A stretch of 64,000 nucleotides of DNA from Lama glama (GCA_028534125.1 CM052816.1:14200001-14264000), one strand, 5' to 3'. Numbered from the stretch's first letter, positions 39,109 through 51,771 are shown. The notes: a model not told the origin generated them from the sequence alone. Program-made: numbers and translations.

Positions 39109-42100
39109 AGACAAATAGATTGTTAAGCCTTTTCAGCCCAGACCACTGACTTTCTGAAAACGTAGGATAAGGCCAGTTTCAAGCTGGCTGTCATCTCACT
39201 GAGCACCTACAATAAACCAGGAACCCCATGTATTATTTCTAATTCCCACAACAAGCTGGGCAGGTGAGTTTTAGTTTCCCTATTTCAGATATGTGGACCC
39301 TCGGGTTCAGAATGGACAGGTAGCTTTCCAAATGTTACCCAACTGAGTTTGGAACCCAGGAGGGTCCCACTCCAAAGCCTGGGTGCCATTTCAGGGAAGA
39401 CCTAGGCCCTGCCTGATGGAGCTGCAGGTCCAGTTGGGGAAAGGAACTCAGACATCTGAGAGGCACTGCTGGCTGAAGTTTCTGCACACGTGGACCCAGG
39501 TTTAAATTCCAGCTTCACTGCTGAGGAGCTGTGAGGCCGTGGACAAGTGACCGCCTGCTGTGTCTTATTCAACCATCAAACAAGCATTTACTGAGTACCT
39601 CCCAAGTGCTGGGCACTACTCATGCCGGGTCCCCAGCACCTCAGAAGGGAAATCCCTTCCATCCTAGAGCTCGTGATGTAATACAGAAGCCAGATATGAA
39701 ACAAGTAACCAAAAAAACACATCATGTGACCACAGAGGGTTGCATTAAAAGCTAAGAAAAGGGAGTGCAGAAACGCCTCAATTTCCACATGCGTAAAAAT
39801 GGGATACTAATGGTGCCAACTTCATGGGACTCTTGCACTGAGTCAGTAAAACATTTCATGCAAGATGCTCAGTACCAAACTGAGGACACAGCGAATTCCA
39901 ATAAACGGGAATTATGATAAAGATGATGAAAATGACGAGCTAAACTGTGTACATAGAGGCTGCGATAAATAATTTTTTTCAAGGGTGCCTAACATTTGTT
40001 TAATGAATATAACAAAGAGGTAACCCACTTGGGTGAGAGCAGTCAGGGAGGCCGCCCCAGAGGAGGGACCACAGGAGCCTGTGCTCAAAGCTGGACCAAG
40101 CTTTGTTTGCAGGACAAAGGACTACACCCTGCCCAGGAGGCTCTGGACCAGCCAAACAACAAGACAGAGGCAAGGCGAACCCGCCCACCCCCGGCTAACA
40201 CAGTTAGTAGGGCCTTATCACAAAGAGGAGCAGGGCCTGCCGAGAAACCAGACTGGAACAGGCCTGCTGCTGCCACCGCCGGGAAGGCAGTGGGGGTGGG
40301 GGCGCAGGAAGGCCTGGGGGAGCACCGGGTTATTTGTTATGGGGTGAAGAGGAAGCTATAAGTGGTCCTCTGTCCTCCATTAACAGCAGGATGGAGTCAG
40401 GCTGGAGCCGCTGGCTGCGGAATCAGCCTTGTTTTTTAAACACACATGGCTGGTCCAGGCCTTTTAACCCCCAAACACCCCAGGGTTCCTGCAGGAAGAA
40501 AACAGTAGCCTTTGGTCTAGAAACTCTACAGCTGGGGTGTAGCTTAGTGCATTTCTATTCAGCTCAGAAACAAACAGAAGATAAGAATATTGTGATTAAA
40601 GGAACTATATTTTATAATGGATTATTCAAAGTCAGGGAGTCCAGGCTGGTTATAATTCTTTATCCTAGAGACTCCTCACTGTACATCCTTCAAGCTAAAA
40701 GCAAATAATAAAAATGGATCACTCCTGTCTGCAAAGACATACAAAATATGTCTACCTCATCCACCCTTCTGAGAGTGTCCCATGCTATCACCAGAAGTTA
40801 CTTGAAAGTATGCGATCTAGAAGTGCTTACACACACCCTGGCCCCACTGCCCCCTCTGTGCCCCCCACCCCCATCATATTCCGCTGGGACTTTCCTACAG
40901 CACCCTTTGGTGAGGCGAGGGAGTGATCAGACCGGTGATGCTTCACTTTCTGGAGAAGTCCAGACACCTTGGGAAGCTCATGAAGGCCACAGACCCTTTC
41001 CCTAGGAAATGCACATGTGCACACCACACAGAACCATGCAACGTCAGGAGTCCCCAGACCTCCCTCTCTGCCCCCAGGCACATTCTAAGTCTCCAAGGAC
41101 CTCAGCTTCTGTCCTTTCCAGGTCAGACTGACTGGTAAGCTTCCAGTTCTATGACTGCTTTGACTCCATTCTCTACAGGAGATAATCCTTAGTGAGCAGA
41201 CGCTAATTACAACAACAACAACAACAAAAATGTCAGGGCCCCAAAACACCCAGGCCACTGGAGAAGCTCAAGTTAGCAGGATGAGAGCTGTTGCCACTGG
41301 GCAGATCAGGGCATTCAGGCAAGCCCGACAGAACCTCTGGGTCCCAACTCTCACCCATGACGTTGAGGGGGGGTCCCTAGCACATGTAAGGCCCCAAAGG
41401 ACTGCCATCTGCCTCATCAGAGCCACTGCTTGGTTGAGGGGGAACCAGTGAGAAGGCAAAGCTTCCCCAGTCCCCAGTGCCACTGTCCCCTCCTGGGGCC
41501 TCAACCCCACACTCCATGACAGGGTCCCCAAGGCCATGCTGCTGAGCAGGGGCAGCCGCACCGGAGAGTACAATCCAGGCTGGTTTGGGACCCCAGACCT
41601 CAGAAAAAGGGCAGAAGGGGAACCCTTAATATTCACCATGACTCTCATCCAGCTTGGACCAAAAACAGATCTGGAGCTGCGTTTCACCCCGACCCAACCA
41701 ACCACCGATGGGGCTGTCTTTCCCAGAGCCTCCTCTAGCTTTATCTACCAGTTGGAGTTCCAGCCCGATCCAACCCAACCCCCTACACAAGAACCATCCC
41801 AGACTTTTCCAGACAGCAATGTGCAAGGCCAAACTCCAGGGGCAGTCCCTCCAGAAACCAGGATGCTCAGGACAAAGGAACTTATATGAGGCAGGAAGAT
41901 TAGGATCCACAAGGCTCTGGTTGGGCTCAGTGGGAGCGAGCCAGCCCCCAAATGCGGGAATGATTACTAACAGACCATGTCCCCAGCTTACACGTGTTCC
42001 ACATCCACAAACTGGAAAAAATGTCGAATTAAATATGAAACAGGAAACGGAGATGAAGAGCTCTGCACACAAACACACACACACACACTCTTCTAGTTAG

Positions 42101-42269
42101 CACGGGAGGAAAGCCAGTGGTGGCGATTTTTAATTAGAAAGGAGGACTAATAGCCAAGGCCAAGGCCTTCATTCCTGCAGCACCAGGCCAGAGTTTTAAC
42201 CCCTGCAGCCCCAGCGTGAGTGCCTTACTATCAATGGCTCCACTGTAGAGAAAGCTCATCAGGGTTTTA

Positions 42270-42425
42270 TTTTTTTTGTTGTTGTTGTTGTTGTTTGTTT
42301 TTTCGGGATAGGGGGAGGATTAGGTTTGTTTATTTATTTATTTAATCTATTTTTAATGAAGGTGCTGGGGACTGAGCCCAGGACCTGGGGCATACTAAGC
42401 ACACACTCTACCCCTGAGCTATATA
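42270..42425 (-). mobile_element. tRNA-Ala-derived SINE (Vic-1-like), slightly 5' truncated
   Basis: Reverse complement reads TATAGCTCAGGGGTAGAGTGTGTGCTTAGTATG..GGTCCTGGGCTCAGTCCCCAGCACC plus A-rich tail. Confidence 0.85.
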
Positions 42426-42439
42426 TCAGGTTTCCCTTC

Positions 42440-42521
42440 TTTCTTTTTTTTTTTTTTTAATTTTTTATTGGAGTGTGGTTGATTTACAATGTTTCAACTG
42501 TACAGCAAAGTGATTCAGTTA
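42440..42521 (-). mobile_element. LINE-1 extreme 3' fragment
   Basis: Reverse complement reads TAACTGAATCACTTTGCTGTACAGTTGAAACATTGTAAATCAACCACACTCCAATAAAAAATT+poly(A). Confidence 0.85.
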
Positions 42522-42929
42522 TCATCAGGGTTTTCTGAGCCTGGCTTGTTAACTAAGAATCATCAAGAAAGAGAAGGAAGTGAGGGAGGGGAAGGGAGGG
42601 GTCAGGAGAGAAGTGAGTGAACCCCTCCAGCAGGACAGTGTGTGTGGGTGAAGGCACCCCAAGTCTGAGAGAAATGGGTTCAACTCCCAGGTCTTCTATT
42701 TACATCTGTGTAACCATGGACTAGTAACTTACTTGGATCTTTTGGTCTCAGTTTCCCTTGCCTGTGAAATGGGGATGACAGAACAAATTTGACAGGGTTT
42801 TTGGGAGGATTAAATAAGATAACATATGAAAAGCACTTGTTTGCCTGGAGCATTTTAAGTACACAAACATGATGGCAGCTGATACTATTAAAGTAGATTT
42901 TTTTCCCTTCTGTTTATTTATTTATTCAT

Positions 42930-43100
42930 TTTTTTCTTGAAGTAGAGTTGATTTACACTATTGTGTTAGTCGCTGGTGTACAGCATAGTGACTCAGTTAT
43001 ACACACATCCACACATATTTTCATAATACTTTTCCATTATCGGTTACTACAAGATATTGAATATAGTCCCCTGTGCCATACAGTAGGATCCTGTTGTTTA
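42930..43100 (-). mobile_element. Young LINE-1 3' UTR fragment
   Basis: TTGAAGTAGAGTTGATTTAC..ACAAGATATTGAATATAGTCCCCTGTGCCATACAGTAGG is antisense to the 3' UTR seen elsewhere in the window. Confidence 0.85.
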
Positions 43101-46100
43101 AATTAGTTTTATGATTACTCTTGGTCTCCTTAACGTGTCTAGGCAGCCATTTGCTCCAGTGAAACACAGGGGAGAGAATCCCTCCTACTGAGACCAATTT
43201 CAAAGTGTGTGTGGGGTGAGGAGAGAGGAAGCAGGTGGTCCTTCCACTAACAGAGGAGGATCATCACCCCCACGGAGGGTGAAGTGTGACATCCTGGAGG
43301 GGAGAGTCCATGGGCTGTCCTTCAGGGAAACCCCCACCCCATAGAGAGTAAAACAGGAGCTGAGGCCCCTCTGCACCGCCCCCTCCACAGTGCACCCCGC
43401 CATCACTGCTCGGAGCAGCATCTGATTCAAGCATGCACAGCAATACAGGTCTGTGGGTTTTCTCTTGCCAAGACCATGTGAGCAAAAACAGGCATGGAAA
43501 AAGGGGCTGGGTTTTTTCCAAAGCAAAAATGATCATGGAGAGGTCATCATCATGGTCCTGAAAGAACTCTTCATATCTCAAAGGCCATTTAAACAGCTCG
43601 TGCATAGAACAGTGCCAGGCATATAGTAGGTGCTCAATAAGTATCTGTGACAACCCAAAGGACAAATGTGCTCTGTGCCCATGGCGGCCACTCTTGAGGC
43701 ACTCACACTCCAAAGACACACACAGAAACATTCCCCACCACCACCACCCCGCCTAGTTTCCAGGTACTAGGTAACAAAAAGCAGTTAAATTATGGCCTCC
43801 AAACACATCTCTAATTTTATAAAACCAGGTTTAGTGCCTCCCTGTCACCTTTAACCACATACTCTTACTAAGACATTGGATCTAGGACCCGACACACAGT
43901 AGGGTCGCAGTAAGTATTTGCGGAATAAAAAGTAATTAATAAACGCATTTACTGATGCCGAGAGCCACACTGCTGACCCAGTGCAACTGTCAGAGGAAGA
44001 GGACAGCAGAGCCTGGAGCGAGCCAGCTGTGTGAGTTTTCCTCCACTAACGTCTCCTACCGGATAGCATCTTCCTAAATGAAATCACGAGTCCAGACCTG
44101 CTTTGGGAGGGCAGCATTGCCCTCACTCCAGTGACACAAGCCATATGTTTTAGAAAAGAACAGTCCACCTTTATGATTAGCACGCAAAACAGGGCCAATA
44201 ATTTCCATTTTGTAAGCATTTATATGCCAGACACCAATGTCTCCTTTCATTCTCACATGAAGGAAAGTAGGTTATATTATCCACATTATACAGATAAATC
44301 AACCATGGCTGAGAGAAGCGAAGTGACTTGCCTGAGGCCGCACAGCCCGTCTGTGAGAACCTCCCTCCCCCCCCCAATCCCACCCAGCTGTGTCACTCCT
44401 CCAACACTTTGGTTCAAGCATTCTCCTTGGCCTGGAGAGCCCTTCCCAACTTGCCCACCATGAGAGTCCATCTCATCCTCCGAGGCTGTGCTCATATGAT
44501 GTTCATTTCTGGAGCCTCCTTGCCCGGCCCCCACCCCACCCCTGACCCCTGGCCCAGCCCAGGCAGAGCAATCGCTCCCTTCTCTGTGCCCTGAGCATCG
44601 CGCCACAGACCCAAGGCATTCAAAGGTCTGGTCTGGAGCCAGGGCCTCTGTACCTCCAGCACCAAGCAAGCACAGGCACCTGTCTGCCCCACAGCAGGAA
44701 CACAACGCATGTCCTATAATTAAGTAAAACCACACACATCCTTCCCCAAGTAACAAATAGAGAAGTAACTCCTTCAACCCAGAGACGGGCCCATTCTGGT
44801 CCCTTGTCTGCTCCCCGGGAAGTGGCTGACCAATGGGGCGAGGGGTGGGGGCCAGAAGAAGACCAGAATTAGGCTGACACCCCCCACCCTAGAGCCCCAG
44901 CATGGGTCCAGGCCCAGGGAGAAACGGCAGAGGCCTCCTCTCCCTCCCGCAGCAGGTGCTGGGACAGGCCAGGGCTGGTCGGGCTCAGATGCATCAAGGC
45001 CATTTGGGCTCTGGGTGCTGGTGACCCTGCCCCTGCAGAAGGGGCTACAGCAGCGGTCCTGCTGCTCCCGTGGGCCGCTCCCTGGCCTCCTCCCTGGGGC
45101 TCTCCATGACCTCAATATTTTTATCCCGAGGAAGCCAGGAGAACAAGTTACCTCCTGGGCTTGTCTTCAAGCCCAAGGGCTTCCTCCCCGTCAGAACAAA
45201 GAGGCCATTCCTCCAAAAGTCCCAGCTCTTCTGTCTCTCTTATCTTTTCCCATGTTTTATCAGAAACTTCTGAGCAGAGAGAAGGGGTGGTGTGGAATCT
45301 TTCCACTGAGACACCCGTAAGGGCTGGTTCTACAGTTCAGGTGGTCACAATCTATTGTCTAAACCAAGATACTTTTTAAATGACAGAAGACAGAGGCATA
45401 AACTGGGCCTGCCCCTAGGCAAACCAAGACATCGGGTCCTTCTACCTACGGGGTTGAAGACAGGGAGCACTTCCCTGGAGTTCAGGTTTGCCTAGCTCCC
45501 AACCCGGAATCACTGTTGAAACTATTCCACAAGAACTAGCCACTTCTCAAAAAGATATTGCCAAACCACTTCTCTGAGTAACATAATAAGATCCATAATA
45601 AATCATAATGTTAATCTGTCCTTTGCCTAAAGTCCTCTGGTTTCTCCTGTAAAAGCTCTACGCAGAGGGGCATGTCAGGCACATTCTCTGAGTGCAGCAG
45701 ACACTCCCAAAGACAAGACACATGACACTAAGTAGCCCGCTGTACTGACGGACTCGCGTCTGTCAGTGACACCGCTGTGTGGGGCTGGAGGGGGTGGGAC
45801 AAGGGGGGAGGCAGGGCCTTTAACCAACTCTCCCAGGTGGGTAAGGGGAGGGGACTAGCCACTGATGACCAGGTAAAGCCCCTGTGGGTATTGTCCTCTG
45901 AGGTACACCTACATGCCCCGGGGGGGTGGGAGCCTGAGTAAGGGAGTGAGACTTAGGTCCCCCAGAGCGAATGTGGGCCAGGTTCCTGGCTCCACTTACC
46001 TCCTTCCCTCTGGCTCTGCCCAGGGTTCAGTCTTAGGACTGTGGGGACTCAGGGGAGCCCACGAGCATTTGGGCCAATACTTGATGAGCCCCAGCAGACA

Positions 46101-46734
46101 CAGGGCGCCCTGTCTGGCTCCCCTACTAGTTAGGTGAGGGAAGACCTGGGATGGGGCCTCAGCAAACTTCTGGTGCATTCCTGAATCCTCTCTGCAATAC
46201 TGGGACAACAGGGAAAAGTGACCACGAGTAACCAAGAGTCCTTGGCCTCGCAGGATAGTTATCTCAGGTGTGTGTGTGTGTGAACTTGGAGATCAAAGAA
46301 TCAGATGGGTGTGTCCCTATAGGAGAGCCGGTTTCCCCACACTTCCGTCCCCTGTGCCATGCCCATGTAGCCCTGTACTGTCTTCTTCCATACAGTCCAC
46401 CAAATCCAGTCCATTTTTAAAGTTAAATATACAGTTAGCCTTATACCAAAAATAAACATCTGTGAAATAATAGATTTTATAAATGTGTTATTACATAAAT
46501 AAGATAGAAGCATTGAATGTGTGTATATTTTAATATGACTATTAAACTTTAAAAGATCTTTATCCATGGACCTCCTAAAGTCATTTCACAATTTGGGAAA
46601 TGCAGGTGTAGAGGGTCAGGGGTCTGAGATCAGCGTACCAGCTGGAGAGGAGAAGGGGAGAGAGGAGTCATCACCGGCTGGGACCCCCTCCATATACCAC
46701 CCTTATCAGGGCCTGATATCTGCTTCCCTTTGCA

Positions 46735-46830
46735 TTTTTTTTTTTTTTTTAGTGGAGGTACCAGTGGCTGAACCCAGGACCTCATGCATGGAAGCACACG
46801 CTCTACCACTGTGCTGCACCCACCCTCCCC
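46735..46830 (-). mobile_element. tRNA-Ala-derived SINE, short form (head plus poly(A))
   Basis: Reverse complement GGGGGAGGGTGGGTGCAGCACAGTGGTAGAGCGTGTGC..GAGGTCCTGGGTTCAG..CCTCCACT+poly(A); CCCTTTGC on both sides. Confidence 0.8.
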
Positions 46831-47039
46831 CTTTGCTTCTTGAGGTGTCACAGTGGCTGGGCAAACTGATGCTCTCTTCTTGTTGGTTCCCCAAACACGG
46901 CCAGAAACTGTCCCTTTACTACACTCTGCAGACTCACCAGCTGAGTGCGACTCTGCTTCCTGTCCGGACTGGACTCCCACATGTAAATATCTCATACAGG
47001 ACACAAAACTATTACAAAGGCCCCAAGAAATGATGAATT

Positions 47040-47700
47040 AAGTTTAGGAATAGACAACTCATATAGAAGAAATACAAAATAGTAAACAAATGGTGGGCAA
47101 GTATTTAGTGTATTTAATGTATTTATATACATAAAAGTTCTAAGGACTATGTATTACCTTTTAAATCAGCAGAGAATAAAATGCAAGCCAAAAGCCTCCC
47201 CGGCGCTGGCCCGGCTGGGGAAGAAACGGCCCCACATCCCTGCTGGTAGCATGGAACGGTGTGGGGTCCTTCCGAAGAGCGATTCAGCAAAACATGTCAA
47301 GTACAAAAAACAAAAATGTTAAGGTCTTTGAACCAAGCAACCAACACCTGGAAATTTGCTGAGGAGATGTGTCACAAGGGGATAAAAAGAAAATTGCACA
47401 GAGACCTCCCTCGTGCTTTTTCAGATAACAAGAATTAAAAACCGTCTACATGAGACCCAAAAGGAAGAATTTACCAGTTAAGCAAATTCTTCTCTATTCC
47501 ATCAATGGAATATTATCCAGTCTTTAAAATTTAAAAACAAAACTTCATGAAAATCTTTACTATGTATATAAAGCCAAACCAAAAAATATGAAATAATATA
47601 TGCACAATGATGAACACCACGGAGGAAGACCAATGTCCACAGGCAAAGACCGGAAGCACTTATTATGGTGGTGAGATTATGGACATATTTTTTTTTCCTA
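47040..47700 (+). mobile_element. Very old LINE-1 fragment (ORF2 end/3' UTR)
   Basis: AATAGACAACTCATATAGAAGAAATACAAAATAG..TCAATGGAATATTATCCAG degraded landmarks. Confidence 0.55.
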
Positions 47701-47785
47701 TGAATGTTTGCTTTACTGCCATAATATATTTAATACATTGCTAGCACACTATGATTTTGACAATCCCATGTAAATGGGAACAATT

Positions 47786-47929
47786 TATTTTTTTAAAGTT
47801 TTTATTTTTCTTTTTTGTGGGGGGAGTTGTTAATAATTTATTTCTACTTGGTGGAGGTGCTGGGGATTGAATCTGGGAACTTATGCGTGTCAAGCATGCC
47901 CTCTACCACTTGAGCTATATACCCTCCCC
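47786..47929 (-). mobile_element. tRNA-Ala-derived SINE (Vic-1-like)
   Basis: Reverse complement GGGGAGGGTATATAGCTCAAGTGGTAGAGGGCATGC..; TAAATGGGAA on both flanks. Confidence 0.85.
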
Positions 47930-48839
47930 TAAATGGGAAACATTTTAATTTCCAAAGTAACAAATATTTTGTGGATAATAACTGTAGTTAATCTCCTACT
48001 TTCTCTAAATTCCTATGTCTTTTAATATCTGGTAACAGAATACCATGACGCAGTGAATGGTGCCTGGGCTTTGAGACACAGCTGAGCTCCTGGATTTAAG
48101 AGCTGTGTGGCCTTGGAAAAACTATGTAACCCCTCTGAGCTCCGGTTTCCTCATCGAAATACAGGATGATAATGTCTACCTACCTTCCAAGGGTTTTAAA
48201 GATAAGTGCCTAGTATAGCGTAAGTGTTCAATAGATGATCGCTATCAGTCCAGACATTCCACTGGAGCTTACTTTTACAATTCTGTTTGGGCTAGCACTG
48301 TTTTTGACTCCACCTCCTATATGTATATGTCTTTCCTCCCAAACAAGACAGTGAGCTTCTTAAGGGGTACCTCCTCTGGACACAGCCCAAGGATGAAGCC
48401 CGCAGACCACACTGCATAAATATGAGGTGAATGATGGATTGATACCCATTTAGTCATCAGCTAATCATACGAAGGGCAAAATAAAGACTGGAAACATTTG
48501 ACCGTTCAGGAAGAGGATGATGAAAATCCATGACATCCCACAAGCAGAGAGCCAGGAAGACAAACCCTCGAGAAATAATGACACTATATCCCTTCCAAAG
48601 GCCCTCCCAACTCATTCTAAAAATGGAACAAACACAGGATCCAGAAATGACACTTTCCCTACCCACACTCCACCCAAGGAACTAGCCTGGAATGAGAAAA
48701 TTCCAAGTAGAAGGCTCCACCAATGAGGACGGGCAGCCGATCCCCCATGGTGCTCTAGCCTATTTTCCAAGAGTTGAGGATCACAAGTGAAACTGGAGAA
48801 AACGAAGGAAGTGAAAACCCTAATCCTTCATTACACTCA

Positions 48840-49880
48840 ATCTTCAGCCCCTTAAAGGCCAAACATGCCCCCAACTCCTTACGCTGAAAATTGGTAATGA
48901 AAAGGACAGAATTTAGCATTTATCCCGTCTTTTTAGGAGGTACTTTATTTCAGGGTAATCAGATTGTCCCACGCAAGGGCGGGGGGAGCTCTTCTTTACA
49001 AATTGTAGGGAATAAATGTAGAAGGAAAAAAAAATTAGAAAAATCACTTTTTGTAACAATGGCATAATTGAGTCAGGCAGGGATCATGAATGGATGCACT
49101 GGTTTGGGGGAACTGGATAGTATTCAACATGGGACCATTGTTTGCTGGTAGCAGGGTGGGAAATGAAAACTTACTGACACTGTGGGATCAGGCAAGAGCC
49201 CCTTACCCCCAATCAACCTCTGTCCCAGGCACAGAGGGACCCACAGTAGGGCCACCAGATAGGATACACCCTAATTCCAGGCAATAAGAAGCACGCAGTG
49301 GGGTGGGGGTTATAGCTCAGTGGTAGAGTGCATGTTTGGCATGCACAAGGTCCTCTGTTCAATCCCCAGTGCCTCTGTTAAAGAGGGAAAGGAAAAAAAA
49401 AACATGCAGTTTGGCCACACCTGAGTCTAATCAGGTTCTCAGTCTAACTTCAGTTTATGGGAAAAGCAGATGATGGAGAAGGAGTTAACATCACCAAATC
49501 AACAATCACACCAACCCAGAAGGTGGGACTCTACAGGGAATCTGCCTGGTTGCTTCAACAAGCCAATGTCATGAGAGTGGGGAGAAGTGCAGAGGAAAGT
49601 TCTAGAACCAAAACATCTTAAAGGCATAAGAACCAGATGCAATATGTGGTCCTGATTTAAATAAACCAGCTGTAAGAGATATTCTTAGGACAACCGGGGA
49701 AATTTGAATATGGATTTGGTATGATATGACGTTAAGGAATTAATGCAAATTTTATTTCTAACTTTGATATACGATCTTAAGTTTACTCAGGAATATATTC
49801 CTACTTCCTACAGATGTACAAGGAAATATTTAGGGAAATGTCATGTTTCTAATATACTTTAAAATATACCAGTGAAAGAA
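48840..49880 (+). mobile_element. Old LINE-1 3' UTR (L1MC/MD-like) interrupted by a SINE
   Basis: GAATTTAGCATTTATCC..AGACAACCGGGGAAATTTGAATATGGA-type motifs (GGACAACCGGGGAAATTTGAATATGG). Confidence 0.6.
49300..49402 (+). mobile_element. tRNA-Ala-derived SINE, short form
   Basis: TATAGCTCAGTGGTAGAGTGCATGTTTGGCATGCACAAGGTCC..TTCAATCCCCAGTGCCTC; flanks AAGCACGCAGT / AAACATGCAGT. Confidence 0.85.
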
Positions 49881-49904
49881 GATACGGCAGAGACGACCAA
49901 ATAT

Positions 49905-50075
49905 TAACGAACCTATATAAAGTGACTATGATAGTTAACTTCATAAAGACAGAAAGTAGAACAGTGGTTACCAGAGGCTGCGGGGATGGGGGAATTGTGA
50001 GTTATTATTTGTTGGGTACAGGGTTACAGTATGGGATGATGATGGAGGGTGGTGATGGTTACACAACACTGTGCA
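49905..50075 (+). mobile_element. LINE-1 3' UTR fragment (L1MA/MB-like)
   Basis: TCATAAAGACAGAAAGTAGAACAGTGGTTACCAGAGGCTG..GGTGATGGTTACACAACACTGTG. Confidence 0.8.
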
Positions 50076-50186
50076 ACACTGGTCTTTTCTCTACTCCTAG
50101 CCAGACCCTAAGTCTTTCAAAAAACCAATAGGAGGTCAAAGCATTTTTTTAAACCCTCCTTTTTTCCTTAAAAGTAAACCTCTAGG

Positions 50187-50364
50187 TAGATAAACAACAA
50201 GTTTCTTCTGTATAGCACAGAAAACTATATTCAATATCTTGTAGTAACCTATAATGAAAAAGAATATGAAAAGGAATATATGTAGTATATGTATGTCTGA
50301 ATCACTATGCTATACACCAGAAATTGACACAACATTGTAAACTGACTATACTTCAATTTTTTAA
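50187..50364 (+). mobile_element. Young LINE-1 3' UTR fragment
   Basis: 3' UTR text; 15/17 TSD AAAAGTAAACCTCTAGG (50170-50186) / AAAACTAAGCCTCTAGG (50365-50381). Confidence 0.9.
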
Positions 50365-50444
50365 AAAACTAAGCCTCTAGGACTAATTTCTTTTTGGACC
50401 TCCACAGAGTCTGTCTCAGAGCAGAATGCAGAATGTCGGTTCTA

Positions 50445-50480
50445 GCGTTGGTGGTATAGTGGTGAGCATAGCTGCCTTCC
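50445..50480 (+). pseudogene. Tail-less retropseudogene of the 5' half of tRNA-Gly(TCC)
   Basis: GCGTTGGTGGTATAGTGGTGAGCATAGCTGCCTTCC matches nt 1-36 of vertebrate tRNA-Gly-TCC as I recall it, ending at the TCC anticodon; perfect TSD AGAATGTCGGTTCTA at 50430-50444 and 50481-50495; no poly(A). Confidence 0.9.
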
Positions 50481-50537
50481 AGAATGTCGGTTCTAGAAAG
50501 AGCCAGTGCCTGATGAAACAAGATAAAGAGACTCAGA

Positions 50538-51771
50538 AACTCAAAATGGCTTAAAGACCTAAACATAAGACATGACACTATAAACCTCCTAGAAGAAAAC
50601 ATAGGCAAAACATTCTCTGACACAAATCTTAGTAAAGTTCTCCTAGGGCAGTCTACGCAGGCAATAGAAATAAAGCAAAAAAAATTTTTTTTAATGGGAC
50701 CTAATTAAACTCAGAAGTTTTTGCATAGCAAAGGAAATTATAAACAAAACAAAAAGACAACTTATGGAATGGGAGAAAATATTTGCAAATGATGCAACTG
50801 ACAAGGGCTTAATTTCCAGAATATACAAACAGCTCATACACCACAATAACAAACAACCCAATCAAAAAAATGGGCAGAAGACCTAAACAAACATTTCTGC
50901 AATGAAGACATACAAATGGCCAATAGGCACATGAAAAAAAAATGCTTAATATCACTAATTATCAAAGAAATGAAAATCAAAACTACAATAGGGTATCATC
51001 TCACACCAATCAGAATGGCCATCATTAAAAAGTCCACAAACATAAAAGCTGGAGAGGGTGTGGAGAAAAAGGAACCCTCCTATATTGTTGGTGGGAATGT
51101 AGTTTGGTGCAGCCATTATGGAAAACAGTATGGAGATACCTTAAAAAAACTACAGATAGACTTACCCTATGATCCAGCAATTCCATTCCTGGGCATGTAT
51201 CTGGAGGGAACTCTAGTTCAAGAAGATACATGACTGGATAAAAAAGATATGATACACCTACAGTGATAGCTAGATAGATAGATAGACAGACAGACAGATA
51301 GATAGATAAATGGAATACTACTCAGCCATGAAAAAGAATGAAATAATGCCGTTTGTGGCAACATAATGGACCTGGAGATCGTCATACTAAGTGAAATAAG
51401 CCAGAAAGACAAAGAGAAATACCATATGATATCACTTATATGTGGAATCTGAAAAATACGACACAAATGAACTTATTTACAAAACAGAAACAGACTCACA
51501 AGACATAGCAAACAAACTTACAGTTACCAAGAGGTGGCAGGGAGGGGAGGGAACAGATAAATTAGGAGTTTGGGATTTTCAGATACTCACTACTATATAT
51601 AAAACAGATAAACAACAAGTTTCTACTGTATAGCACAGGGAACTGTATTCAATATCTTGTAATAGCGTATGATGAAAAAGAATATGAAAAGGAATATATA
51701 CATGTGTAGCTGAATCACTGCACACCAGAATTAACACAATATTGTCAACCCTAATCAATTAAAAAAAAAAA
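50538..51771 (+). mobile_element. Young 5'-truncated LINE-1
   Basis: ORF2 C-terminal relic (ORF 50916..51233 [29 protein letters not shown]), 3' UTR, poly(A); perfect 18-bp TSD AAGATAAAGAGACTCAGA at 50520-50537 and 51772-51789; internal (GATA/GACA)n at about 51270-51308. Confidence 0.95.

Noticed and set aside
45744..45767. 10-bp hairpin ACTGACGGAC-tcgc-GTCTGTCAGT
   Set aside because: A stem this short with a G-T pair is expected by chance in 64 kb and is too short for a pre-miRNA
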